DNA of 64,000 bases, taken from positions 392,088,001 through 392,152,000 of the forward strand of contig OZ024740.1 of assembly GCA_964016885.1 (NCBI GenBank), in the 5' to 3' direction. Positions 25,207 to 36,804 of the stretch are shown one piece after another. Within the stretch, counting starts at the first letter, position 1, and every line of letters starts with the position of its first letter. This DNA is from Eledone cirrhosa (Eukaryota). The position numbers were made by a program, and so were the translations under genes. Under the pieces are notes generated by a model. The model searched no databases, was not told the origin of the DNA, and saw only the letters and a program-made list of their open reading frames with translations.

Positions 25207-25546
25207 GGAGGCACATGGCTTAGTAGTTAGAGCATTGGCCTTGCAATTGAAATGTTGTGAGTTCAATTCTCAGACCGGGTGATGTATTGTTTCCTTGAGC
25301 AAGACACTTTATTTCACATTGCTCCAGTTTACTCAGCTGTAGAAATGAGATGATAGGGACTGGGGTCCATATCATTCCACTGCAAAGTGGTCGTGGAGGT
25401 GCCATAGCAAAAAAGCACCCAGTACTCACTGTAAATGAGGTTGGTGTTAGGAAGGGTATCCAGCTGTAGAAATCAAGCCAGAATCAGTTCCCGTCCCACC
25501 CTTGCAAGCAGGGAAAAACGAACGTAAAATGATGATGATGATGATG
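25207..25546 (+). mobile_element. CORE-like SINE with RTE tail
   Basis: Near-identical to the reverse complement of 1885-2221. Confidence 0.9.
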
Positions 25547-25694
25547 TAATATATATATATTACATATAAAATATAGGGGTGTGTGTATGCAGGCATGCAT
25601 GTGTACACAATAATTTCATTATTATGATATATATATATATATATATATAATATATATATGGAGCAATGTGAAATAATATATATATATAATATAA

Positions 25695-25907
25695 AAGTGA
25701 CCCTCTTCGGGCACAAATCACTGTAGGATTTGCACCTAGAAAGTTCCCCTTCAAGGTAGGCAAGGTTGTTTGTGGAGGACTAGCTGTCACCCATGCATAC
25801 TGGTCAGTCCTCACCATGACATCAATGTCTAAGACAAAGGCAATGACAAACACAGCTTGGCACTGGTGACATCATGACAAATTTCTGCGGTTGAGTAAAC
25901 TGAAACG

Positions 25908-25910
<3 letters not shown>
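25695..25910 (-). mobile_element. Fragment of a second CORE-like SINE subfamily (related to 29061-29325)
   Basis: GTTTACTCAACC...CCTTGAAGGGGAACTTTCTAGGTGCAA is similar to the 29061 copy. Confidence 0.55.
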
Positions 25911-25978
<68 letters not shown>

Positions 25979-26049
25979 GTGTGTGTGTGTGTGTGTGTAT
26001 ATGTGTATATATGTATATGTATATATATATTTGCATATATCTATCTATC

Positions 26050-26297
26050 TAGGGTGGGTATAATTCATGAGATCCATGGACGAGTTCTCTCCAGCGGTCT
26101 CTGTCCCTCATTATCGTTGCCATGTCCTGCGTCTCCAACAGACCAGTGTCTGTCCTTAGGGCATCAACATATGTTAACCTTGGTCTTCCTCTTCCAGTGT
26201 GTCCATGCAGGGGCTCCCAAACGAGCACTGAGTGCAGTGTCAACTCTGGATGTCGGTGAGCATGTCCAGCTAAACTCAGTCTCGTCTGTGTCACTTT
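26050..26297 (-). mobile_element. 3' coding end of another RTE-group LINE
   Basis: [10 protein letters not shown]...[24 protein letters not shown]...MRDRDRWR. Confidence 0.8.
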
Positions 26298-26533
26298 TGC
26301 ATATATATGCATATATATATGTACAATCATACATATGTATAGGTATATATATATTTTTTTTCACATACATATGTATGCATGTATTTGCATATATATGTAT
26401 AGGTATATATATATATATGTATATATTTGTATATACATTGATATATATATATATGTATATACGTATATATATATATGTATATATGTATATATATATATGT
26501 ATATATGTATATATATCTACATATATATGTATG

Positions 26534-26564
<31 letters not shown>

Positions 26565-26575
26565 CTATATATATA

Positions 26576-26629
<54 letters not shown>

Positions 26630-26632
26630 TGT

Positions 26633-26746
26633 CCTGAGGTTGGTGTTAGGAAGGGCATCCAGCTGTAGAAATCAAGCCAGAATCAGTTCCCGTCCCACCC
26701 TTGCAAGCAGGGAAAAAGTGGACATAAAATGAAATGATGATGATGA
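26633..26746 (+). mobile_element. Isolated tail of the CORE-like SINE
   Basis: Matches the tail of 25207-25546. Confidence 0.85.
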
Positions 26747-26843
26747 ACGTATATACATCTATATATATGTATGTATATATATGCATATATATATGTATGT
26801 ATATATATATGTATATATATATGTATATATATATATATATATG

Positions 26844-26880
<37 letters not shown>

Positions 26881-26892
26881 GTATATATATCT

Positions 26893-27189
26893 TCATCATT
26901 TCATTTTACGTCCGCTTTTCCCTGCTTGCAAGGGTGGGACGGGAACTGATTCTGGCTTGATTTCTACAGCTGGATGCCCTTCCTAACACCAACCTCATTT
27001 ACAGTGAGTGCTGGGTGCTTTTTTGCCGTGGCACCTCCACGACCACTTTACAGTGGAATGATAGGGACCCCAGCAATGTAAAATAAAGTGTCTTGCTCAA
27101 GGACACAACACATCGCCCGGTCTGAGAATTGAACTCACAACCTTTCGATTGCAAGGCCAATGCTCTAACCACTAAGCCATGTGCTTCCA
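26893..27189 (-). mobile_element. CORE-like SINE with an internal deletion in the CORE region
   Basis: A/B boxes and RTE tail present; about 40 bp missing relative to 1885-2221. Confidence 0.88.
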
Positions 27190-27237
27190 TATATATATAT
27201 ATATATACATACATACATATGTATAGGTATATATATG

Positions 27238-27270
<33 letters not shown>

Positions 27271-27370
27271 GTATATATATATATGTATTTATATATATGT
27301 ATATATATATGTATGTATATATATGTATATATATGTGTATGTATGTATATATATGTATATATGTATGTAT

Positions 27371-27745
27371 GTCAGTAGGCATCTCTAACAAAATACACCC
27401 CCGTCCCACCACCCCCACCCCATCCACACCGCCCCCTTCTCTGTAAAGTTATGTTGGTGCCACACCATCCAGGCCGAAACAAATGAGATCGTGTAGGTGT
27501 CACGACAAAAAAACACACAGTCCACGCTGTAATGTGGCCGTGTAGGCAACACGGTAAACACCTCCCAGCCCCACACTGTAAATGTGGTTGGTGTTAGGAA
27601 GGGCATCCAACTGTAGAAAACCTGCCAGACAGTCCTATGCGAGCAAGACAACCACTCTTGCCTCAAGTGGGACTACCCCCGTCCAAACCCATGCAAGCGT
27701 GGAACATGGACGTTAAACGATGATGATGATGATGATGATGATGAT
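27371..27745 (+). mobile_element. RTE 3' UTR-only insertion with (GAT)n tail
   Basis: Near-identical to 39315-39686. Confidence 0.92.
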
Positions 27746-27753
27746 ATATATAT

Positions 27754-27955
27754 ATAGGAACGAGTAGGACCCCGACGGCTGAGGTCAAGCTGTTTCGACG
27801 GCTAATTCTGGACTAAAGCCGTCTATTAGCTGTCGAAACGGCTTGAGCTCAGCCGTCGGGGTCCTACTCGTTCCTATTACCCACTCTACTTCCCTAAGTA
27901 TTGAGTACTTTGGTGCGTTATGGTTCACCTGGTTCCTTACCTCATTTCCTCCGTT
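27754..27955. mobile_element. Short hairpin-terminated, TA-embedded repeat family (relatives at ~40540-40695 and ~49893-49997)
   Basis: 53-bp inverted arms 27754-27806/27825-27877 followed by a shared body ACCCACTCTACT.CCCTAAGTATTGAGTACT. Confidence 0.7.
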
Positions 27956-27970
27956 ATATATATATATATG

Positions 27971-28021
<51 letters not shown>

Positions 28022-28066
28022 GTACATACATATATATGTATGTATGTATATATATATATATGTATG

Positions 28067-28103
<37 letters not shown>

Positions 28104-28164
28104 GTACATACATATATATGTATGTATGTATATATATATATGTATGTATGTATATATATATATG

Positions 28165-28204
<40 letters not shown>

Positions 28205-28309
28205 TATATATGTATATGTACATACATATATATGTATGTATGTATATATATATATGTATGTATGTATATATATATATATATATAAATATATATATATATA
28301 TGTACATAC

Positions 28310-28360
<51 letters not shown>

Positions 28361-28366
28361 TGTATG

Positions 28367-28423
<57 letters not shown>

Positions 28424-28500
28424 GTGTATGTATGTATGTATATATGTGTATGTATGTATGTATATATGTGTATGTATGTATGTATATATGTGTATGTATG

Positions 28501-28531
<31 letters not shown>

Positions 28532-29011
28532 ATATATATATATGTGTATGTATGTATATATATATGTGTATGTATATATATATGTGTATGTATGTATATA
28601 TATACATATATATATATAAATATATATATGTATATGTACATACATATATATGTATGTATGTTTATATATATATATATATAAATATATATATGTATGTATA
28701 TATATATATATGTATATGTACATACATACATATATGTATGTATATATATATGTATGTATATATATATGTATATATATATGTATGTATATATATATATATA
28801 TATGTATGTATATATATATATGTGTGTATATATATGTATGTATATATATATAAATGTATATGTATATATGTATTTGTATATATATGTATGTTTAGGTTTA
28901 TATATATGTTTAGGTATATATATATATATGTATATATTTGTATATACATTGATACATATGTATACGTATATATATATATATATATATGTCATCATCATCA
29001 TCATCATCATC

Positions 29012-29050
<39 letters not shown>
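27956..29050. repeat. ~1.1-kb (TA)n/(TATG)n compound microsatellite
   Basis: Seen directly. Confidence 0.97.
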
Positions 29051-29060
<10 letters not shown>

Positions 29061-29062
<2 letters not shown>

Positions 29063-29325
29063 GAGGCACGTTGAGCTCACAATCAGAGCAGTCATTGCGT
29101 TGTTTTCTTGAGCAAAACACATTATCTCACATTACTCCAGATCACTGAGCTGTAGAAATGAGTTGTGATGCCACGGGTGCCTAGCTGTATTGGACATTGG
29201 CCTTTCCCTTGGACATCGGTGACATGGAGAGGGGAGATTGGCATGCATGAGTAACAGCTAGTTTTCCACAAACACACCATACCCAGGTTCATGCCAGGAA
29301 GGGCAACTTTCTAGGTGCAAGACCA
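29061..29325 (+). mobile_element. Degenerate CORE-like SINE with a different 3' part
   Basis: GGAGGCACG head remnant, TTCTTGAGCAAAACAC...CTGTAGAAATGAG core. Confidence 0.6.
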
Positions 29326-29343
29326 TGTTCATTCATCTATTCT

Positions 29344-29378
<35 letters not shown>

Positions 29379-29486
29379 GTGAGTGTGTGTGTGTATATGT
29401 GTAATATATATATGTGTGTGTGTTATATATATATTATATACTTTATACATATATATTATAATTTATATTATATATATTATATATTT

Positions 29487-29534
<48 letters not shown>

Positions 29535-29740
29535 TATATATATGTATATATTTTATATATATATTATATATCTGAGGATGCTCCTCAGATATGTGTTAGA
29601 TAAACATATATCTCTTAATTTGGTTATATATATATATATATAACCAAATTAAGATATATATATATATACACACAGACACACACATATACATTTATATATA
29701 TATATATATATGCATATACATATATATATACACACATATA

Positions 29741-29799
<59 letters not shown>

Positions 29800-30339
29800 C
29801 ATCATCGTTTAAAGTCCCCTTTCTCTGCTATGTATGATAGGCTGTTAGACAGTTTGCATCTACCAAACTTTACTCACAACCCATCGCTATAGTGGAACAC
29901 ACTTGTCCAAGGTCCAGTGCAATGGATCTGAACCTAAAACATCATGGTAGTGATGTAATCTCTTTAACAACAGTGTCATATCTGCACCTCTAATTATTAT
30001 TTGCTAGCAGGGGAAAACGATGAATGATGAATTTTGTTCCTTTTTATCTTTATTTAAAAAAAGTACCTCACCATTTATTTCTGTTACTTAAACAAACATA
30101 CATTCATACATAGACACAAATTAACAGCAATAATAACGACAACCAAATAGTCTTTCTTCTTCAAAGAATGTTGTTGATGAAAACAACTTAAGGAAAGGAA
30201 ATTAATACCTCAGATAATTGTCAGATAAGTTTTACTTCATGGGGCTCTGAAAAACACTATTATTGTTGTTGCTGTTATAAAGAAATCATTACTATTACAT
30301 TATTATTAGAAATCACTGTTGTTATTGTTGTTATTATCT

Positions 30340-30730
30340 TTAGTGTGTTGAAATGAATGCTTTACAGCATTTGTTCCTGGTGTTATTAGCATTCTAAGTT
30401 CAAATCCCACTGAGGTCAACTTTGCCTTTCATTCTTCTGGGGATGATAAAATAAAGTAGCAGCCAAGTACAAGGGCTGATGTAACCAACTGTCCCCATCC
30501 CCTTCAAATAGGTAGACTTGTGCCTAAATTACAAACCATTGTTGATTGGCAGTATTGGTAGATGGTCGGACGCCATGCTTTGAAGCATAGAGTTACCTCC
30601 CTTTATGATCTGAGTTCAAATCCCGCCGAGGTTAACTTTGCCTTTCATCCTTACGGGGTCGATAAAATAAAGTACCAGTAATGCACTGGGTAATTGCTGG
30701 CCTTGTGCCAAAAGTAGAAATCATTATTAT
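30340..30730 (+). mobile_element. Two tandem SINE family 2 copies (old ~30340-30540; young 30545-30730)
   Basis: Conserved B box and central domain. Confidence 0.85.
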
Positions 30731-31214
30731 TATCATCATCAATTAGCCATGCTTTCCTGGAGGATATTCAGCCCAGGGCTCATGGATAACTTTGAGAAAT
30801 CTCTGGCCTGGCGGTGCTACCAGGGTGGGTGTATTGCCAGTTCAAGATAAACTCTACAGGTATGGCTGTCAACCGTGCCTGTCTGAGATGTACGAAAGAC
30901 AACAAAACCACCTGAATGGGTCTACTCTGAGTATACACCTGTAAACTGAAGGAGGACAGCTGGGAGGGGGGGGGGGTCTTTTAACCTAGCAGTCAGGACA
31001 ACCATGGCTTTTTGAGGGCTTTCCCCATGAATGACACTGAGGTTTTCTTCCATTGAGGGATTTGTTTTGTTAGATTTTTTTTTAATGTATATTTTTTAAA
31101 CATTTTTTTATAACCCTTTATACACACAAAACCCCATAATGTATTATCATGTGCTGTCTTCATTGTTTGCTTAATGTTAGCACAACCACCATTATTATTG
31201 TTTTTATTATTATG

Positions 31215-31400
31215 GCCTGTATGGGTAGAACATCGGATAACATGCTTCATGGCATAGAGTTACAGCCCTTTACATTCTGAGTTCAAATCCCACCAAGGTT
31301 AGCTTTGCCTTTCATCGTTACGGGGTCGATAAAATAAAGTATTCGACTTTCTCTTCTCCCACATTGCTGGTCTTGTGCCTAAATCAGAAACCATTGTTAT
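31215..31400 (+). mobile_element. SINE family 2 copy
   Basis: Conserved B box and central domain. Confidence 0.8.
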
Positions 31401-31589
31401 TATTATTATAATTTGTAGTAGTAGTAGTTTTAATTTGTGTTGACATATAATTAATTAACAATTTGTTTGTGATTATGGATATTCTGTTAAAGTTTGCCCT
31501 AAAATGCCACAGTCTTTTCCATATACATATTTAAATCCTGACTTTTATTGATCCTAAATTGATAAAAAGACAAATACCTACCAACAGTA

Positions 31590-31740
31590 GACTATGGCCT
31601 CGTGGCTAGGCTGTTGGATACATAATGATAAGGTTGTGGGTTCCATTCATAGTCTGGTTGGCATGTTATGCCTGCTCAAGTAGCTTCATTCCACATTGCT
31701 CCAGTCCACTCAGATGAAAAAGAAAATGAGATCCTGTAGC
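31590..31740 (+). mobile_element. Degenerate CORE-like SINE 5' half
   Basis: TGGCCTCGTGG A box, GGGTTCCATTC B box, CACATTGCTCCAGTCCACTCAG. Confidence 0.55.
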
Positions 31741-32295
31741 AGCTTGTACTTAACCTCTACTGGTGTCTGAGCCTAGAATTGGGGCCTCTATCATTAAAAC
31801 ACATGAGAATCTTCCGATGATATACAACTTTATAGGAGGCTAGCTAAACCTACTATGTGTCAGCTATAACAATAAGTGATAGAGTATCAAAGGTTAGTCC
31901 CACTGATTTTACCCCTCTTTCTACAAATTTGATACCTTGATCCATTGTAAGAAATCATTACTGGACTAGAACTGTTTCATTCATATGATATATTTACAAA
32001 AACAAATACAGTGGAAGCTCAATTGTTCCGAACATAAAACGTCTCGGTTGACGAACAGTGTCTTGAGTAACGAACACACAAACCGGCAACAATGGTTGGT
32101 AACAAGCTGGGTGTATCGGCAAGAAAGCATCACTAGCTGTGTAGTTAGTTACTATTGTTATATCTATCTGTCTTTCACAGTCTCTCTCTCTCTCTCTCTC
32201 TCAACATTTCGTATGGGAAAAATAGTTTCAGTTTATGAACATTTCGGATGAGGCACAGCCTTCAGGAACAAATTAATTTCATACGCACACACACA

Positions 32296-32555
32296 CAGGG
32301 CGGGATTTAGATTTGATGAGGCCCTAAGCTATTTGAGATAATGGGGCCCTTTATATGTTATAAAAAATGTTATAAAAACTGCAAAACGTTCAATATTAAA
32401 GCAGAAAAATGTTTAAAACTATTGCATTATTTTAGTTCTTTTTTATCTTATATTTTGGAAATGTACACACCGTTTTTTTTCAATTTTTTCAGGGCCCCAA
32501 GAAAGTGGGGGCCCTAAGCTATAGCTTGTTTAGCTTATACGTAAATCCTGCACTG
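32296..32555. mobile_element. hAT-like MITE inserted in (CA)n
   Basis: TIRs CAGGGCGGGATTTA / TAAATCCTGCACTG; subterminal GGGCCC motifs; CACACACA on both flanks. Confidence 0.72.
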
Positions 32556-33616
32556 CACACACACACACACATACATTTTAAACTTTTTATTATTAGATTT
32601 TTCTCTTTTTATTGTAAGTCTTTTACTGCTTGGTTGGAACAACAAAGTTCCTAAATCCATGGGAAATCAAATAAAAAAAATGTTAAAACTCAAACATAGT
32701 TGTATCTTTAACAACACATGTCTAAAAAGAATGGCTGTTCCCTATATATACAAGTATATCTTCATAAACCATGTAAGTATGTGTGTGTATGTATGTGCTT
32801 GTATGTGTCTGTGTCAGTGGGTGACAGTTTCTTCTGTTATAGTCACTCATATGCATATCCCCATAAAGAATGTTCAACATATCTTAAAGGGCCTTTGTGG
32901 TATTGAGATTTTCTTACAAGTTAGTTTTGAGTGAATTACCCTCCTGTTTCTGTTTACTACACCCATAGAATGATGGTGATGGGTTTGGAAAAAATGTATG
33001 AGCCCCTATTTCTCCCTCCACCTCGCATAATTTAGATCAGCTTATCAGAAATAGTTATCATAATATCTTATCTCTGTCTGTATGCTAATATGTCTTAATA
33101 CTCTATAACTGTCTTAAATTTTGATATGTAATAATTACGTCTGTTAATGATTGAGTGTATAAATTTAGATACATGTGTGTGCAAGGATATAGAAATGAGA
33201 ATGTTTCTGTGTGCAGATTTAAATTTTGTGCATGTGTATTGATTGTATGGGTAATAGTGTCTGTAAAAACCAGAGTGTGTATGTATGTGTGTGTGTGTGT
33301 ATCTTTGAATGTATGTAAAAACAGATATTTATGTGTAAGCAATTTTTCTTTATTTTTCTCCATAATCATGTTGCTCTGTGTGTGAGTGCGTATAGGAATA
33401 TGCATATATAATAAGATTTGTAAAATTTTATCAAATTACAAAGTAATGTTTCTATTCCAGTGGATAATCTTTTTTAAAATATGCACATAAATGTAATTAT
33501 TATTGATAAATCATTGAACTTCTAACTTTATTGATATATACTGATTTTTGTATAGCAATAAACAAAAAAGAAATTCGGTGAATTGTACAGCCCACACATA
33601 CACATAAACACAGAAT

Positions 33617-33777
33617 TTATTTTGGCAGATCCAGTAGCCTGTCATTCTGTAGTTTCTCACTAACAGGATGCTGGTTTCTCTGACAGGAAAAAACTGGATC
33701 TGTATTTGTTGGTTTCAAGAGCAGATGATACATTAAGGAAACTCATGAGTAACAGGCTATTGGATCTGTCTAAATAA
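33617..33777. repeat. Imperfect ~40-bp inverted repeat (MITE-like)
   Basis: TTATTTTGGCAGATCCAGTAGCCTGT... versus ...ACAGGCTATTGGATCTGTCTAAATAA. Confidence 0.55.
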
Positions 33778-34464
33778 GCTGTTACATTCTTCTATGGTAT
33801 GAAGTATGTTTTCTCCCATTAATTAAAACCTACAGATATCTATATATATAGCAGGATTTTGATTTGATGTTGTGTTGTTGAATGAATTGGTCAGTAGTTC
33901 ATTGTAGTGTGTGGCAGGAATTTGTAGCAGTAACTATTAACTTGATTGGTGATTTTGGAAGTTGCTTTTTCCCATATAAAGCACTGTTTGCATGTCTCAG
34001 TAAGTCAAAATGTAAGATTTTTGTAGCCAATATTAAATGCACAGTAAACAAGATCCATTACTTTAATAATTTTATTCATGAATAATTTGTTTAGAAGTTA
34101 TTGTGATAACATAGGAAAAACAACAGATATTCACAGTAAAATTGTGTGAGTGTTTTTGTGATGGTTTGGTGTGGATACTTGTAGTATTAATGTTAAAATC
34201 TGTATATAACTAACTTTTGTTGATAGAATGATTGTCTTAGCTCACTGGCCTAAAGGTTGAGACCCATTGGGTTGGACAAAATCTGTTGACAACTACATCA
34301 TTCTGGCGTCTTTTGAGAACTCGGCGAACTGCATGGGCAGCTGAGGACAGACTATTTAAGAGGATGCTGTTTTCCTATGTCAATAAGCAGTTGGTCTCTA
34401 GAAAACCAGTCCTGTAGACAATTTGGTGACGTAAGTCCTGAAACTATCTATGAGGCCAAATAAT

Positions 34465-34835
34465 TCAAATACCACTTTGGAAGAAGAATCAGGATGGAGA
34501 GAGAGGTGCTGTACCCCAGCAAGTTTTATGAAAGCTGGGTGAAAGTGGCGAGAATGGCCCGAGTGAATGGGCCTTCTCTCTATATCAGCCTCTAGGTTGA
34601 GGAAAAAGAGGAAGAGAGGAAAGGGGTACAAACTCTTCGTACTCCTGGAGATGAGGGTTGCACATTTTTTCGGGGGTATGTGTTACCCATATGAACTGTC
34701 TCCCCCTATTGGGGAAAATCGACTAATTTTTTAAAATTGCATTTGTAATATTATTTTACACGTTTTTATTGTATGTAAACTTCCCCCCTTGTATTTGTCC
34801 CCTTCTTTTGTGCCCATGTGGCTAATAAAGAAGCA
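34465..34835 (+). mobile_element. 5'-truncated L1/Tx1-like LINE 3' end with 20-bp TSD
   Basis: Exact direct repeat TATCTATGAGGCCAAATAAT at 34445-34464 and 34836-34855; open C-terminal peptide ...RIRMEREVLYPSKFYESWVKVAR...L*; AATAAA just before the end. Confidence 0.75.
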
Positions 34836-34960
34836 TATCTATGAGGCCAAATAATGAGTGTGTGTGGTCACAATGATCTATTTAGCTAACTTGGGGACAA
34901 AAGTTCAAATCACTCTGCTTAGATTCACTACACACACAGACACACACACATACATATATA

Positions 34961-35009
<49 letters not shown>

Positions 35010-35013
<4 letters not shown>

Positions 35014-35199
35014 ATAATAATAAATTTGAAGATTAAAATCCAAAGAGGGCTCGATAAGGATAAATATATATCAAATATATAAGAACCGTAGAGCAAATAT
35101 TTATTAAAATAACAGATTAAAGTTTAAGCAAAGAATCGCTGCTTTCACCCTTAACGGGATCTTCAGAAGATCCCGTTAAGGGTGAAAGCAGCGATTCTT
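35010..35199. mobile_element. TA-embedded remnant of the 2270 family ending in a perfect 34-bp fold-back
   Basis: 35131-35164 is the exact reverse complement of 35166-35199; 35098-35164 is identical to 2270-2336. Confidence 0.8.
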
Positions 35200-35900
<701 letters not shown>

Positions 35901-35902
35901 TG

Positions 35903-36075
35903 TCCCACACTGTAAATGTGGTTGGTGTTAGGAAGGGCATCCAGCTGTAGAAAACCCGCCAGACAGTCCTATGCGAGCAAGACAACCACTCTTGCCTCAA
36001 GTGGGAAAACTCCCGTCCAAACCCATGCAAGCATGGAACACGGACGTTAAACGATGATGATGATGATGATGATGA
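35903..36075 (+). mobile_element. RTE extreme 3' end with (GAT)n tail
   Basis: Matches 350-519. Confidence 0.9.
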
Positions 36076-36087
36076 TATATACATACA

Positions 36088-36121
<34 letters not shown>

Positions 36122-36140
36122 CATACATATATATATATAC

Positions 36141-36188
<48 letters not shown>

Positions 36189-36382
36189 TATATATATATA
36201 TCTATACATATATATATATATATCTATACATATATATATATATATACATATACATACATATATACATATATATATACACATATATATATATATATATTTA
36301 TTAAAAAAATAGATGTATACTCCCTATTCTCTTCTGAGCTTTTGGCTTGTATTGGCCGATAGTGCTTCTTGTAGCTTTACTT

Positions 36383-36420
36383 GCCCTGATGAGTCCTTAA
36401 TAGGACGAAACATTGTTGGC
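36383..36420 (+). ncRNA. Minimal type I hammerhead ribozyme in a ~270-bp TA-flanked cassette (36298-36572)
   Basis: GCC-CTGATGA-GTCCT(TAAT)AGGAC-GAAAC-ATT-GTT-GGC followed directly by AATAAA. Confidence 0.82.
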
Positions 36421-36581
36421 TAATAAAGACTTTTGATGTATTGAAGGCTTCTTTGGTTTATTTTTTTATAATTCTTCGGCTCTGTTTAATTACATTCAGC
36501 TATATCTTATACTGTCATTTCTATAATATGAAGAGGGTGTTTAACTCCAACACACTCTAGTATTTTAATTCTTATATATAT

Positions 36582-36635
<54 letters not shown>

Positions 36636-36718
36636 ATATATATATATATTATATATATATTATATATATATATATTATATATATATTATATATATATATA
36701 TTATATATATATTATATA

Positions 36719-36758
<40 letters not shown>

Positions 36759-36804
36759 GTAACACTATAATATATATATATATATCTATAATATATATAT
36801 ATAT

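Noticed and set aside
25207-25280. tRNA gene (TTGCAA anticodon-like loop)
   Set aside because: SINE head: the acceptor stem is not formed and it continues into CORE and LINE tail in multiple copies.
27785-29148. Long YI/IY/HT-rich ORFs (also 2910-3250, 24416-25282, 26164-27446, 35163-36362, 63255-63515)
   Set aside because: Translations of (TA)n, (TATG)n and (CA)n microsatellites.
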